In this document: positions 38,336 through 46,418 of the stretch, one piece after another
How the letters are laid out: each line of letters starts with the position of its first letter
Numbering within the stretch: the stretch's first letter is position 1
IMG/VR virus record: IMGVR_UViG_3300037781_000042
Location: 32,001-96,000 of that record
Source of the DNA: a virus
Taxonomy: Duplodnaviria; Caudoviricetes
DNA: 64,000 nt
Reading direction: 5' to 3' (one strand)
Notes under the pieces: model-generated
Database searches by the model: none
Seen by the model: the letters and a program-made list of their open reading frames with translations, nothing else
Told to the model about the DNA's origin: nothing
Made by a program: the position numbers and the translations under genes

Positions 38336-38467
38336 TGAGGCGAGGGCAGGACTCGAACCTGCAATTGGCTGTACCTATATAACCATAATCTATGTTAGTG
38401 GATTTCGAACCAAACTCTCATACAACCTTTCAGATAATAGCGTTTACCAATTTCGCCACCTCGTCTC
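38336..38467 (-). ncRNA. tRNA-like RNA (~130 nt) with canonical D and T arms, degenerate GAA anticodon arm and ~60-nt variable insert
   Basis: GACGAGG-TG-GCGAAATTGGTAAACGC ... GCAGG-TTCGAGT-CCTGC-CCTCGCC; no encoded CCA. Confidence 0.7.
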
Positions 38468-38470
38468 AAT

Positions 38471-38617
38471 TTAAATTATTACTCCTTTAGAATCCAATTC
38501 CTGTTGTAATTTCATAATTTTATTCGTTAATTGTTGTTTAGTCATTTCATGCCAAGGTCCATCTGGAATTAACCTATAACACAATACACCATCAACTATT
38601 TGTTCTATGTAATACAT
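38471..38617 (-). CDS. small hypothetical protein (48 aa, not in ORF track)
   Basis: MYYIEQIVDGVLCYRLIPDGPWHEMTKQQLTNKI...; AGGA site. Confidence 0.6.
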   Translation of the reverse strand: MYYIEQIVDGVLCYRLIPDGPWHEMTKQQLTNKIMKLQQELDSKGVII

Positions 38618-38626
38618 AACTTTTCC

Positions 38627-38881
38627 TTAATTTATAATTTTTTCTGATTCTACGTCAACCTTTAAATCTTTTCCTAATTGTTTTCTATTTTGAACAATTT
38701 TATAAATCATTATTTTATGGTCACCATGAATCTCCATGGATATTTCTTTTTCTTTCATATATTGTGCTAATTGAATAGAATCTTCAGGAATTTTAAAACC
38801 TTCATTAATAAAAGTATCTCTAGTCCATGATTCAATTTGATCATTCAAATTTCTAGTTATTTGTTTTATTTCGTTATTCAT
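38627..38881 (-). CDS. hypothetical protein
   Basis: First ORF after early motif copy 2. Confidence 0.6.
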   Translation of the reverse strand: MNNEIKQITRNLNDQIESWTRDTFINEGFKIPEDSIQLAQYMKEKEISMEIHGDHKIMIYKIVQNRKQLGKDLKVDVESEKIIN

Positions 38882-38895
38882 ATATTATTCTTTAA

Positions 38896-38950
38896 TTGTT
38901 AATTGAATGTAATGTAATATAAGAAAAATTTTTTAAATAAAAAAATAAAT
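38896..38950 (-). promoter_or_regulatory. putative early promoter/leader, copy 2
   Basis: TTGTTAATTGAATGTAATGTAATATAAGAAAAATTTTTTAAATAAAAAAA, matching 56921-56970 with two differences. Confidence 0.6.
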
Positions 38951-38967
38951 CTTCATTTTTATTTAAA

Positions 38968-38976
38968 AATATATAA
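38968..38976 (+). promoter_or_regulatory. putative late promoter variant AATATATAA
   Basis: 8/9 match upstream of the 1917-aa gene. Confidence 0.4.
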
Positions 38977-39004
38977 ATTATTGAACATTCAATGATAAAA
39001 TTAA

Positions 39005-42000
39005 ATGCAAAAGAATTTATATTTCACATCACCAAATCAGCCTCACTTCATAGAAATTAATAATAATTTTTCTGAAAAGAAAGAGTATAGAATTTATTTT
39101 GAAGGAGAGACTTTAAATTTATTTTTATTAGAAGGAGTATCTATAACTAATTATGATACTTTTGATAATGGATATGTGTTAACAGTAGATGAAGGAGAAT
39201 CTAGGTACTTAGAAATTTATCCAAAATGTGGAGATGTTTCTATTGATGCTTATGTAGATTGTATAATAGAATCTGCAGATCAAGATTTTACAGATATTAA
39301 TAGATTGAATTTAGCTTTAAGAAAAGAGAGATTTGGAAAGAATGTTCCTTTATATTCTACATTTGAAAAGAAATTTAAAGAATTTGAAAAAGAAGAATAT
39401 GAAACTTATGCTTTACAAAATATAAATCCTTTACTTTCTGGAAATGTTAAATTAAGAATAGATTCTAAAAATAAATTATATTTTACTTTATTTGATGAAG
39501 TAACAGAATCTAATAACGATAAATTATATTCAAGAGTAGTAAAAAACGGATCTGATTATTTAAATGAACTAACAAAATTCTTTAAAGATTTAGAAAGAAA
39601 GACTGATAGTTTTTATGAAAATATAGTAGTTGAAAATTACAATTCAAGAGACGGAGCATCTTTAAAATCTCAAATTAGAGATGATATTTATTCTGCAGGT
39701 GCATATAATATTCCTTCAGAAACTCATAAAGAAAAATTTGCAATTTTTGCTCCTTTATATCTTGAAAATAAAATACCTTCTAAGTTTGTAATTTTTAAAA
39801 GAGAAAAAGTAAATGATTTAAAAAATTCTGAATTATTTAAAGATTTAACAATTGTAAAAAGTTTTGATTTATCTAAAAATTCAGAGTTAGGAAAGTTTAT
39901 AGATAGAACAAAAGAAACTATAAATTTTGAAAAACCTCACGTAAAAAGTGTAATTAATGATAACTCTGTTCTTTTAGAAATAACAGGAATGGATCCAGAA
40001 GCTTCTTCAATTGCTACAGTATATGAAGATATAACTGATTATGCTTTTAAAGAATCTACTATTTTAGATTTTGAATCTTATGTTACTGATACTTATAAAA
40101 GAAGAAAACTTGTTTCTCATAGAATATTAAATTTAGAATTTTTATTTGATGATGATTTAGAAGAAAACGAAATGTATTCGTATTTTGGAATGTATGTAGA
40201 TGATTTAGACATCTCTAAATACGAATTAGATTTAAATCATTATGGAAAAGATGTTTATAATAAATGTACTTTAGGAATTGGAAGTTCTGTAGATTCATTA
40301 AAAGTTTCTACTCAAATACCAGATATTTCAAAGTATATTAATACTAATGACAGAATATTCTATTTAAAAGATGCTTCAAACAATTTTCATAATTTAAAAT
40401 CTACTTCTGAATATGAATTTAAATTAAAAAATTCTACAAGCATTTGTGACTTTGCTAAAAATGTAGATGAACAGGTTGTTATTAAAGATTCAGATATTAT
40501 TAAAGATGCTAAACCTTATGTAAACGTTTCGTTTGATGATAACATTTATTCAAATACACAGTTAGTAATAACTCAAAATACGAATAAATATGAAATAGAT
40601 TTTATAGAAGATGTAGTAACAGTAGATTATTATGAACATTCTCAAATAGAAAATATTTTTCCTATTACTTTAATAGATGATAATACTATTCAAATAGAAG
40701 AATATGTTTATATTCCTGATTCTGAAATAGTAACTTTAATAGATCCAAGTTCTGAAATTTCAGTAGAATCTTCTTATTCTATTAATAGTGGAAGTTATAC
40801 ACAAATTGTATTTTCAGATGCTATCGATTTAAGTTCAATTACACACATTAAAATAATAGAAAAACCTAAACTGAAAGCAGAAGTTACTTTAGGTGTTAAT
40901 TTAGAAGAAACATTAGCTAAATTAGTAGAAAAAGTTTCTTTATTAGATAATTTTCCATTTGAAATAGTTCAAGAAGCAAATGAAATTTTTATATGTTCTA
41001 CTAATAGTTTAAAGTTTAATGTTACTTTAGATACTACTAATTCTTCTACTGATTTATCTAAGATAAAAAGATTCAGTAATGATTTAACGTTAACCGCTTC
41101 TACTGTAGGAGGAGTAACAGTAACTTCTAATGTATCATCTTTTAATTCTGTAAATCTAACAAATGATTATCTTTATCCTATAGATAGTTATTACTCAGAA
41201 TATTTTAATGAAGGAGATTATTTATATGACATTGGTTCAGTTCATTCAGAATCTTTACCAATTGATGAAACTTCTTATACGATAAGATATATGAATGGGT
41301 TAGAAGTAATAAAACTTCCTAAAGAAAAAACTATTAAAAAGATTTATAAACCAAGTTCTTTATGTTTAGGACTTTTTAGTTTTTATGATGTTAGAAGATT
41401 TGATACTCAAATGGTAACAAATGATTTTAATTTCATTAAAGCTGAATATCAGAAACTTTATAAGAAATTTGCTCCTTCTGAAAAATTAGTTCCTAGAATG
41501 ATTTATAAATTGAAAAATGTAGGGAGTATTCCTATTACGGTTTCAGTTAGATATGGAATAGAAGATTCTTGGAAACATACAGAAGTAACTAGATTAACTG
41601 TAGGAGCAAATTCTACTAGACAGTTTTCTACCTTTCTTTCGGATTATAGTTTAACCGAATATAATGAAGATATTGAGTTTAGATATTTTTTAGTAGATGA
41701 TAATGAATTAAGTGGAAACATCTATGCTTATAATTTAAATCTATTTGAAGATCCTGATTTATTAAACTTTGATCCTGAATTTCCAAATACTTCTTATGAT
41801 AGTAAAAAGAAACAAAACGAAATAGATATTCAAAAACAAAATGAAAATCCTGATTTCGTTTACTATCAAGATGCTAGAAGTGAATATTTTAGATTAGAAG
41901 AATATTCAAACGTAGATTCTACAATAGAAGATATTATATCAAATAGAAATGTAAAATGGACAGATTATAAATTCAAAGATTCTAAAGCTCAACCTCATAG

Positions 42001-44758
42001 ATTAAACTTTAGTCCTGCTTTAGGAAAAACCGGATACATGTCTACATTTACAAATTTTGAAAGTTTACCAGAACTTCATCCTCATGAATGGTTTATGATG
42101 GAAGAATTTCCAAGTCACTTATCAGTTTACGAAGGATCAGAAGGAAATTATTTATTTTCAAGAGTTTCTAAGAGTTTACTTTTAGATACTAACTATGACT
42201 ATTTTACAGAATATTTTTCAAATGGTCATTTAGGAGTAGATGAAATAAGTGGAAAAGATTTAAAAATTTCTAGAAAAGATAATTATGGAATTTTTTATAG
42301 ATCTTCTTTAGATGAATATGAAGTTCCTTATAAAGGGGTAAAATATAGATTTAAGTCTGAAACTGATTTAAGTGGATATAAATTTGCAATTGTTCATAGT
42401 ACACGTCCTGATTTAGAATCTAATACACAATCTATAATTGATCATTGTGAGGTACCGGATGTTGGATATGATTGTAAAGATTTAGGAATTTTACCTAAAT
42501 TACAGTATGCAATTGATGATTTAGTATTAGGAGATCAAACTGTAAATATTTCAGTTTCTGTTATAAATTCTGGAACTTCTGTTACTATTCCAGAATTAAC
42601 AAGTACTACAGTAGAAAATTCTGGTTCTTTATTTACTTTAGGACAATTTGGTACTGAATTATTAAATGCTTTAAATAAATGGAAAGCAGCATTTGAAAAT
42701 ATTTATAATACTTCAAATGGATACGGAGGAAACTTAACTATTGCATTTAGTACAAAAACTGAAAATGGAAATTATCCTGTAGGAGAATTTTATATTACAG
42801 ACGATCAGAAAACTACAAGTAAAATAGGAGACATTAGAATTGGAATGGCTAAAATTCCAGATACGGATGTTGCTAAAACTTTATACATTTCTCAATCTGA
42901 TTTTAATTCAAAATTTGATTATGTTACTCCTTCAATAATCATTAATTCAAATGCTATTTTAAGAAAAAATGATGACGTTGCCCCTGAGGCATTTTCATTA
43001 TCTTATATTATGGCACACGAATTGGGACATGCTTTTGGTTTAGGTCACGTAGACAGAGAAGCTTCTTTAATGAAACCTACAATTCAATTTAGTTATGATT
43101 TAGGAAACATAGAAAATGAAGATGATTGTATTATAAGTATTTATGGAGAACCTTTACCTGTAGAAGATAATAGTGTTGATTTCGATTGTTCTTTAAGTAG
43201 ATTTAGAAAGAAAGATTCTTTTGAATTTATAGTAAATGAAACATTTAAAACAATAACACTTAAAATCTGTGTAGACGTTCCTAATTATATCAATTTAGAT
43301 TCTAAAAAATCTTTTGTAGATATGTATGTTTCTAATTCATTAAAAAGAATAGCTTCTTATGACGGTGTTCATACTTTAGAAGGATTAGATTTAAGTATTC
43401 CAATTATAGATCTTTCTATAAAAAATGTTGTTTTAGAAAATGATAATGTTTATGCTTTTGCTAAACAGCATTTAGATTTATTTACAAATGGAGAAAATTC
43501 AGAATATTCTTCTTATAGAATAAGAGATGTTAAAAATAATGAAAATGATTTTACAATAGACTATTTAGCACTTACATATACAAATGTTAATTATACATTA
43601 AAGAAATCTTTTGATAAAACAGGTTCTGTAAATAAAGCATTATTGACTAGAATTAAAGATGGATACGATAGTTCTTTAAATATGAAAATACCTTTATTGA
43701 CTAAAGAGTATTTTGAAGATTCTTATTTTTATAGAATATTAGGAGGAGATTCTATATCTAAAGCAAACTATAAATTAACTTTAGATTATTTAAGTGCAAT
43801 AAGTGAAGAAATTCCAATTGAAGGTTCTGATATAACTTTTGATTTTGATATTCTTCCACTTAAAAACGTAAGACTTGAAAATATTAAAATACCAGTATTA
43901 AAGAATAAAGAAGATGGACCGCATTTTAAATTAGAAGAAGCACAAGTAAATACTTCATTACTTAGAGCAGAAGGTGAATACGATCCGATGACAGATAAAT
44001 TAACTTATTTTTCTTTAAGAGAAGATTATAATTTATCTACATTATTTCAAATAGATTTTTATAAATTGAATACTAAGTTTTTATGGAACCATTTAAACTT
44101 TGCTAAGCATGAAGAGTTAATTAAAAAGATGGGACCTTCTGATCAATTGAAACAAAATATAAAAGAAAATGAATTTTCAATGTATCAAAAAACTCAGAAG
44201 TTTGCAAATAACTTAAAAACTTTATATTCTTCTGTTTTAGATCAAGATTCATATTCTTATTATTCAAATACAAATGAACAAAAGCTTTCGGGATTCTTTG
44301 ATCCATTATTAAATAGAAACTATTTTAATTCTCAACTTATTAATAGTTCTACAGAAATTGATTTAAATATTCTAAGTAAACACGTAACGTTTAATCAAGT
44401 TAAAGAACAATTAACAGTAAACGTAAACGTTAAAGAAGCGTTAAGAGATGAATTACTTTCTTTAATACTTCCTTATTATGAAAGGATATATCCTCTTTCA
44501 ATAGAAGCAAAAATAGAAGATAGTTTAAAAAGATTAATTTTTAATGACTTAGAGAATCTTTATTCAGTCGATAGTATTAACATATTAAGTAAAGATTCTA
44601 TAGAAACTACTTATGTTAATATTTTTGAAAATGATATGATAAGAGATTCTAATTTTAACGTTGAAGATACAAGTAAGGAAATTATTGAATTAAAAAGACC
44701 TTTAGAAAAAGGAAGAAAACTTAAATTTAATATTAAAATTAGTTTTAAGTATATTTAA
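39005..44758 (+). CDS. giant virion-associated protein with internal zinc metallopeptidase (matrixin/M10-like) domain
   Basis: HELGHAFGLGH (43016-43048) plus SLMKP Met-turn; lies in the baseplate gene cluster. Confidence 0.75.
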   Translation: MQKNLYFTSPNQPHFIEINNNFSEKKEYRIYFEGETLNLFLLEGVSITNYDTFDNGYVLTVDEGESRYLEIYPKCGDVSIDAYVDCIIESADQDFTDINRLNLALRKERFGKNVPLYSTFEKKFKEFEKEEYETYALQNINPLLSGNVKLRIDSKNKLYFTLFDEVTESNNDKLYSRVVKNGSDYLNELTKFFKDLERKTDSFYENIVVENYNSRDGASLKSQIRDDIYSAGAYNIPSETHKEKFAIFAPLYLENKIPSKFVIFKREKVNDLKNSELFKDLTIVKSFDLSKNSELGKFIDRTKETINFEKPHVKSVINDNSVLLEITGMDPEASSIATVYEDITDYAFKESTILDFESYVTDTYKRRKLVSHRILNLEFLFDDDLEENEMYSYFGMYVDDLDISKYELDLNHYGKDVYNKCTLGIGSSVDSLKVSTQIPDISKYINTNDRIFYLKDASNNFHNLKSTSEYEFKLKNSTSICDFAKNVDEQVVIKDSDIIKDAKPYVNVSFDDNIYSNTQLVITQNTNKYEIDFIEDVVTVDYYEHSQIENIFPITLIDDNTIQIEEYVYIPDSEIVTLIDPSSEISVESSYSINSGSYTQIVFSDAIDLSSITHIKIIEKPKLKAEVTLGVNLEETLAKLVEKVSLLDNFPFEIVQEANEIFICSTNSLKFNVTLDTTNSSTDLSKIKRFSNDLTLTASTVGGVTVTSNVSSFNSVNLTNDYLYPIDSYYSEYFNEGDYLYDIGSVHSESLPIDETSYTIRYMNGLEVIKLPKEKTIKKIYKPSSLCLGLFSFYDVRRFDTQMVTNDFNFIKAEYQKLYKKFAPSEKLVPRMIYKLKNVGSIPITVSVRYGIEDSWKHTEVTRLTVGANSTRQFSTFLSDYSLTEYNEDIEFRYFLVDDNELSGNIYAYNLNLFEDPDLLNFDPEFPNTSYDSKKKQNEIDIQKQNENPDFVYYQDARSEYFRLEEYSNVDSTIEDIISNRNVKWTDYKFKDSKAQPHRLNFSPALGKTGYMSTFTNFESLPELHPHEWFMMEEFPSHLSVYEGSEGNYLFSRVSKSLLLDTNYDYFTEYFSNGHLGVDEISGKDLKISRKDNYGIFYRSSLDEYEVPYKGVKYRFKSETDLSGYKFAIVHSTRPDLESNTQSIIDHCEVPDVGYDCKDLGILPKLQYAIDDLVLGDQTVNISVSVINSGTSVTIPELTSTTVENSGSLFTLGQFGTELLNALNKWKAAFENIYNTSNGYGGNLTIAFSTKTENGNYPVGEFYITDDQKTTSKIGDIRIGMAKIPDTDVAKTLYISQSDFNSKFDYVTPSIIINSNAILRKNDDVAPEAFSLSYIMAHELGHAFGLGHVDREASLMKPTIQFSYDLGNIENEDDCIISIYGEPLPVEDNSVDFDCSLSRFRKKDSFEFIVNETFKTITLKICVDVPNYINLDSKKSFVDMYVSNSLKRIASYDGVHTLEGLDLSIPIIDLSIKNVVLENDNVYAFAKQHLDLFTNGENSEYSSYRIRDVKNNENDFTIDYLALTYTNVNYTLKKSFDKTGSVNKALLTRIKDGYDSSLNMKIPLLTKEYFEDSYFYRILGGDSISKANYKLTLDYLSAISEEIPIEGSDITFDFDILPLKNVRLENIKIPVLKNKEDGPHFKLEEAQVNTSLLRAEGEYDPMTDKLTYFSLREDYNLSTLFQIDFYKLNTKFLWNHLNFAKHEELIKKMGPSDQLKQNIKENEFSMYQKTQKFANNLKTLYSSVLDQDSYSYYSNTNEQKLSGFFDPLLNRNYFNSQLINSSTEIDLNILSKHVTFNQVKEQLTVNVNVKEALRDELLSLILPYYERIYPLSIEAKIEDSLKRLIFNDLENLYSVDSINILSKDSIETTYVNIFENDMIRDSNFNVEDTSKEIIELKRPLEKGRKLKFNIKISFKYI
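44511..44758 (+). repeat. diverged direct repeat copy A (functional 3' end of 1917-aa gene)
   Basis: 248 nt aligning to 46158-46402. Confidence 0.95.
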
Positions 44759-44848
44759 TAAATTTACACTTTCATTAATAGATACTCCGTTTTCAGAAAC
44801 AAGGGTATTTTCAAAAAGTTGTTCTAATTTAATTTGTAATTTTGTCAT
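44702..44848 (-). pseudogene. orphan 5' fragment of a late gene (MTKLQIKLEQLFENTLVSENGVSINES...)
   Basis: Follows minus-strand late motif at 44871-44879; LFE/VSE/INE processing-like sites; runs antisense into repeat A after ~29 codons. Confidence 0.35.
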
Positions 44849-44864
44849 CTTTTTAATCGTTTTT

Positions 44865-44897
44865 TATAAACTATATATTTCTGCAAAATATATATAG
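44865..44897. promoter_or_regulatory. copy of the divergent late-promoter module directly upstream of tnpB
   Basis: 30 nt identical to 7533-7562. Confidence 0.6.
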
Positions 44898-44900
44898 AGT

Positions 44901-46124
44901 ATGAAGCAGAATAAAGCATATAAATTAAGGATATATCCAAACAAAGAACAAAAAGTTTTACTTGATAAGACTTTTGGTTGCGTGAGGTTTGTTTACAATA
45001 ATGCTTTAGCCTATAAAGAAGAACTTTATGCACATTCTAAACAAAGGTACACTAAGTATGATTCAATAAATGATTTAACTAAAATCAAGAAAATTGAAGA
45101 ATACTCTTGGTTAAAGGAAGTTGATTCAGTTGCTCTTCAGCAGTCACTTATAGATATGGATAGAGCATACCAGAATTTCTTTAAAAATAAAAGAGGATTT
45201 CCAAAATTTAAATCTAAACATGGAAAAAATATTTATAGAACCAATAATATTAGAGGAGCAATTCATACTAAAGGTTCTAAGATAAAGTTACCTAAATTAG
45301 GTTACATTAAATTCAGGGACCCTAGAACCATTGAGGGAAAGATTAAATATGTAACGGTATCTAGGACTCCAACTGGAAAGTATTTTGCTTCAGTTTTGGT
45401 TGAATATGATTTTACGTCTCAGCCAAAAAATAAAATAAACATCTCAAATATTTTTGCTGCCGACATGTCTTGTAAAGACATGATGGTGAGTGAAGAAATG
45501 GAATTTGAAAACCAAAAATTCTATAGAAAAGTACAAAATAAACTAAAAAGGAAACAAAGAAATCTAGCAAGGAAAAAGAAAGGTTCAAACAACAGAAACA
45601 AAGCAAAATTGAAGATTGCAAGATTACATGAAAAGATAAAGAATCAGAGGAAAGAATATCAAAGAAACCTTGCTAACATGTTAGTTTCTAAATTTGATGT
45701 CTTTGTATTTGAAGATTTAAACGTTGAAGGAATAAAGAAATTTAATTCCGGTATTTCTAAAACAATTGCTTCTGATTTTAGTTGGTCAAAATTCCTTTCT
45801 TTTCTTGAATGGAAATGTTTTAAAGAAAACAAGCATTTTATAAAAATAGATAGATTTTTCCCTTCAAGCAAGTTATGTAACGAATGCGGAACTATTAAAG
45901 AAGATTTGTCTTTAAAGGATAGAACGTATACATGTGATTGCGGACACACAATTAATAGAGACATTAATGCTGCTCGTAATATAAAGCGAGAAGGCGTTGG
46001 TGAACTAGTAAAACAAGGAATAAACCTTGTATATAAAAATTCTACTGTCGGCTGGACAGAAAGTTACGCTTGTGGAGATATGACTGAGGTTACAAGGTCA
46101 GCCCAAGAAGTTTCTTATAGTTAA
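44901..46124 (+). CDS. tnpB: TnpB RNA-guided endonuclease (IS200/IS605 family)
   Basis: KAYKLRIYPNKEQ N-terminus, GFPKFKSK, RuvC-I AADMS (D), RuvC-II VFEDLNV (E), zinc finger CNECG/CDCG, RuvC-III RDINAARNI (D). Confidence 0.95.
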   Translation: MKQNKAYKLRIYPNKEQKVLLDKTFGCVRFVYNNALAYKEELYAHSKQRYTKYDSINDLTKIKKIEEYSWLKEVDSVALQQSLIDMDRAYQNFFKNKRGFPKFKSKHGKNIYRTNNIRGAIHTKGSKIKLPKLGYIKFRDPRTIEGKIKYVTVSRTPTGKYFASVLVEYDFTSQPKNKINISNIFAADMSCKDMMVSEEMEFENQKFYRKVQNKLKRKQRNLARKKKGSNNRNKAKLKIARLHEKIKNQRKEYQRNLANMLVSKFDVFVFEDLNVEGIKKFNSGISKTIASDFSWSKFLSFLEWKCFKENKHFIKIDRFFPSSKLCNECGTIKEDLSLKDRTYTCDCGHTINRDINAARNIKREGVGELVKQGINLVYKNSTVGWTESYACGDMTEVTRSAQEVSYS

Positions 46125-46160
46125 AATAAGAAATACAGTATAACTTAGATGATGTGGAAA
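45990..46160 (+). ncRNA. predicted TnpB omegaRNA scaffold plus guide (limits approximate)
   Basis: Right-end-type stems: CTGTC/GACAG (46045-46059), CTTG-T-GG with CCCAAG, and terminal TTTCTTAT/ATAAGAAA hairpin at the tnpB stop. Confidence 0.5.
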
Positions 46161-46402
46161 TAGAAGATAGTTTAAAAAGATTAATTTTCAATGACTTAGA
46201 GAAGCTTTATTCAATTGATAGCATTAACATATTAAGTAAAGATTCTACATCAACAGAGTACACTGAAAGTGATTTAGACTTAATTATAGACTCTAATTTT
46301 AACGTTGAAGATACAAGCAAAGAAATTATTGAATTAAAAAGACCTTTAGAAAAAGGAAGAAAACTTAAATTTAATATTAAAATTAGTTTTAAGTACATTT
46401 AA
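46130..46402 (+). pseudogene. orphaned second allele of the 3' end of the 1917-aa gene (repeat copy B = 46158-46402)
   Basis: Reads EIQYNLDDVEIEDSLKRLIFNDLE...KISFKYI* versus ERIYPLSIEAKIEDSLKRLIFNDLE...KISFKYI* in copy A. Confidence 0.8.
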
Positions 46403-46418
46403 AAAATAAGAAATAAAA

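Larger units (their letters stand above)
44759..46135 (+). mobile_element. transposase-less IS200/IS605-family TnpB cassette (boundaries approximate)
   Basis: tnpB with no adjacent tnpA or serine recombinase; flanked by diverged gene-end duplication. Confidence 0.75.

Noticed and set aside
38336-38467. tmRNA or tRNA-Sec interpretation of the tRNA-like RNA
   Set aside because: It has a true D stem, lacks the G3-U70 alanine determinant and a tag ORF, is too short for tmRNA, and has no UCA anticodon.
44511-46402. Copies A and B as a transposon target-site duplication
   Set aside because: About 245 nt is far too long, IS200/IS605 elements make no TSD, and the copies show synonymous-biased divergence with a replaced internal block.
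46154-46402. 82-aa ORF as an independent gene
   Set aside because: GTG start without a ribosome-binding site or promoter; homology continues upstream of the GTG, so it is better explained as a gene remnant.
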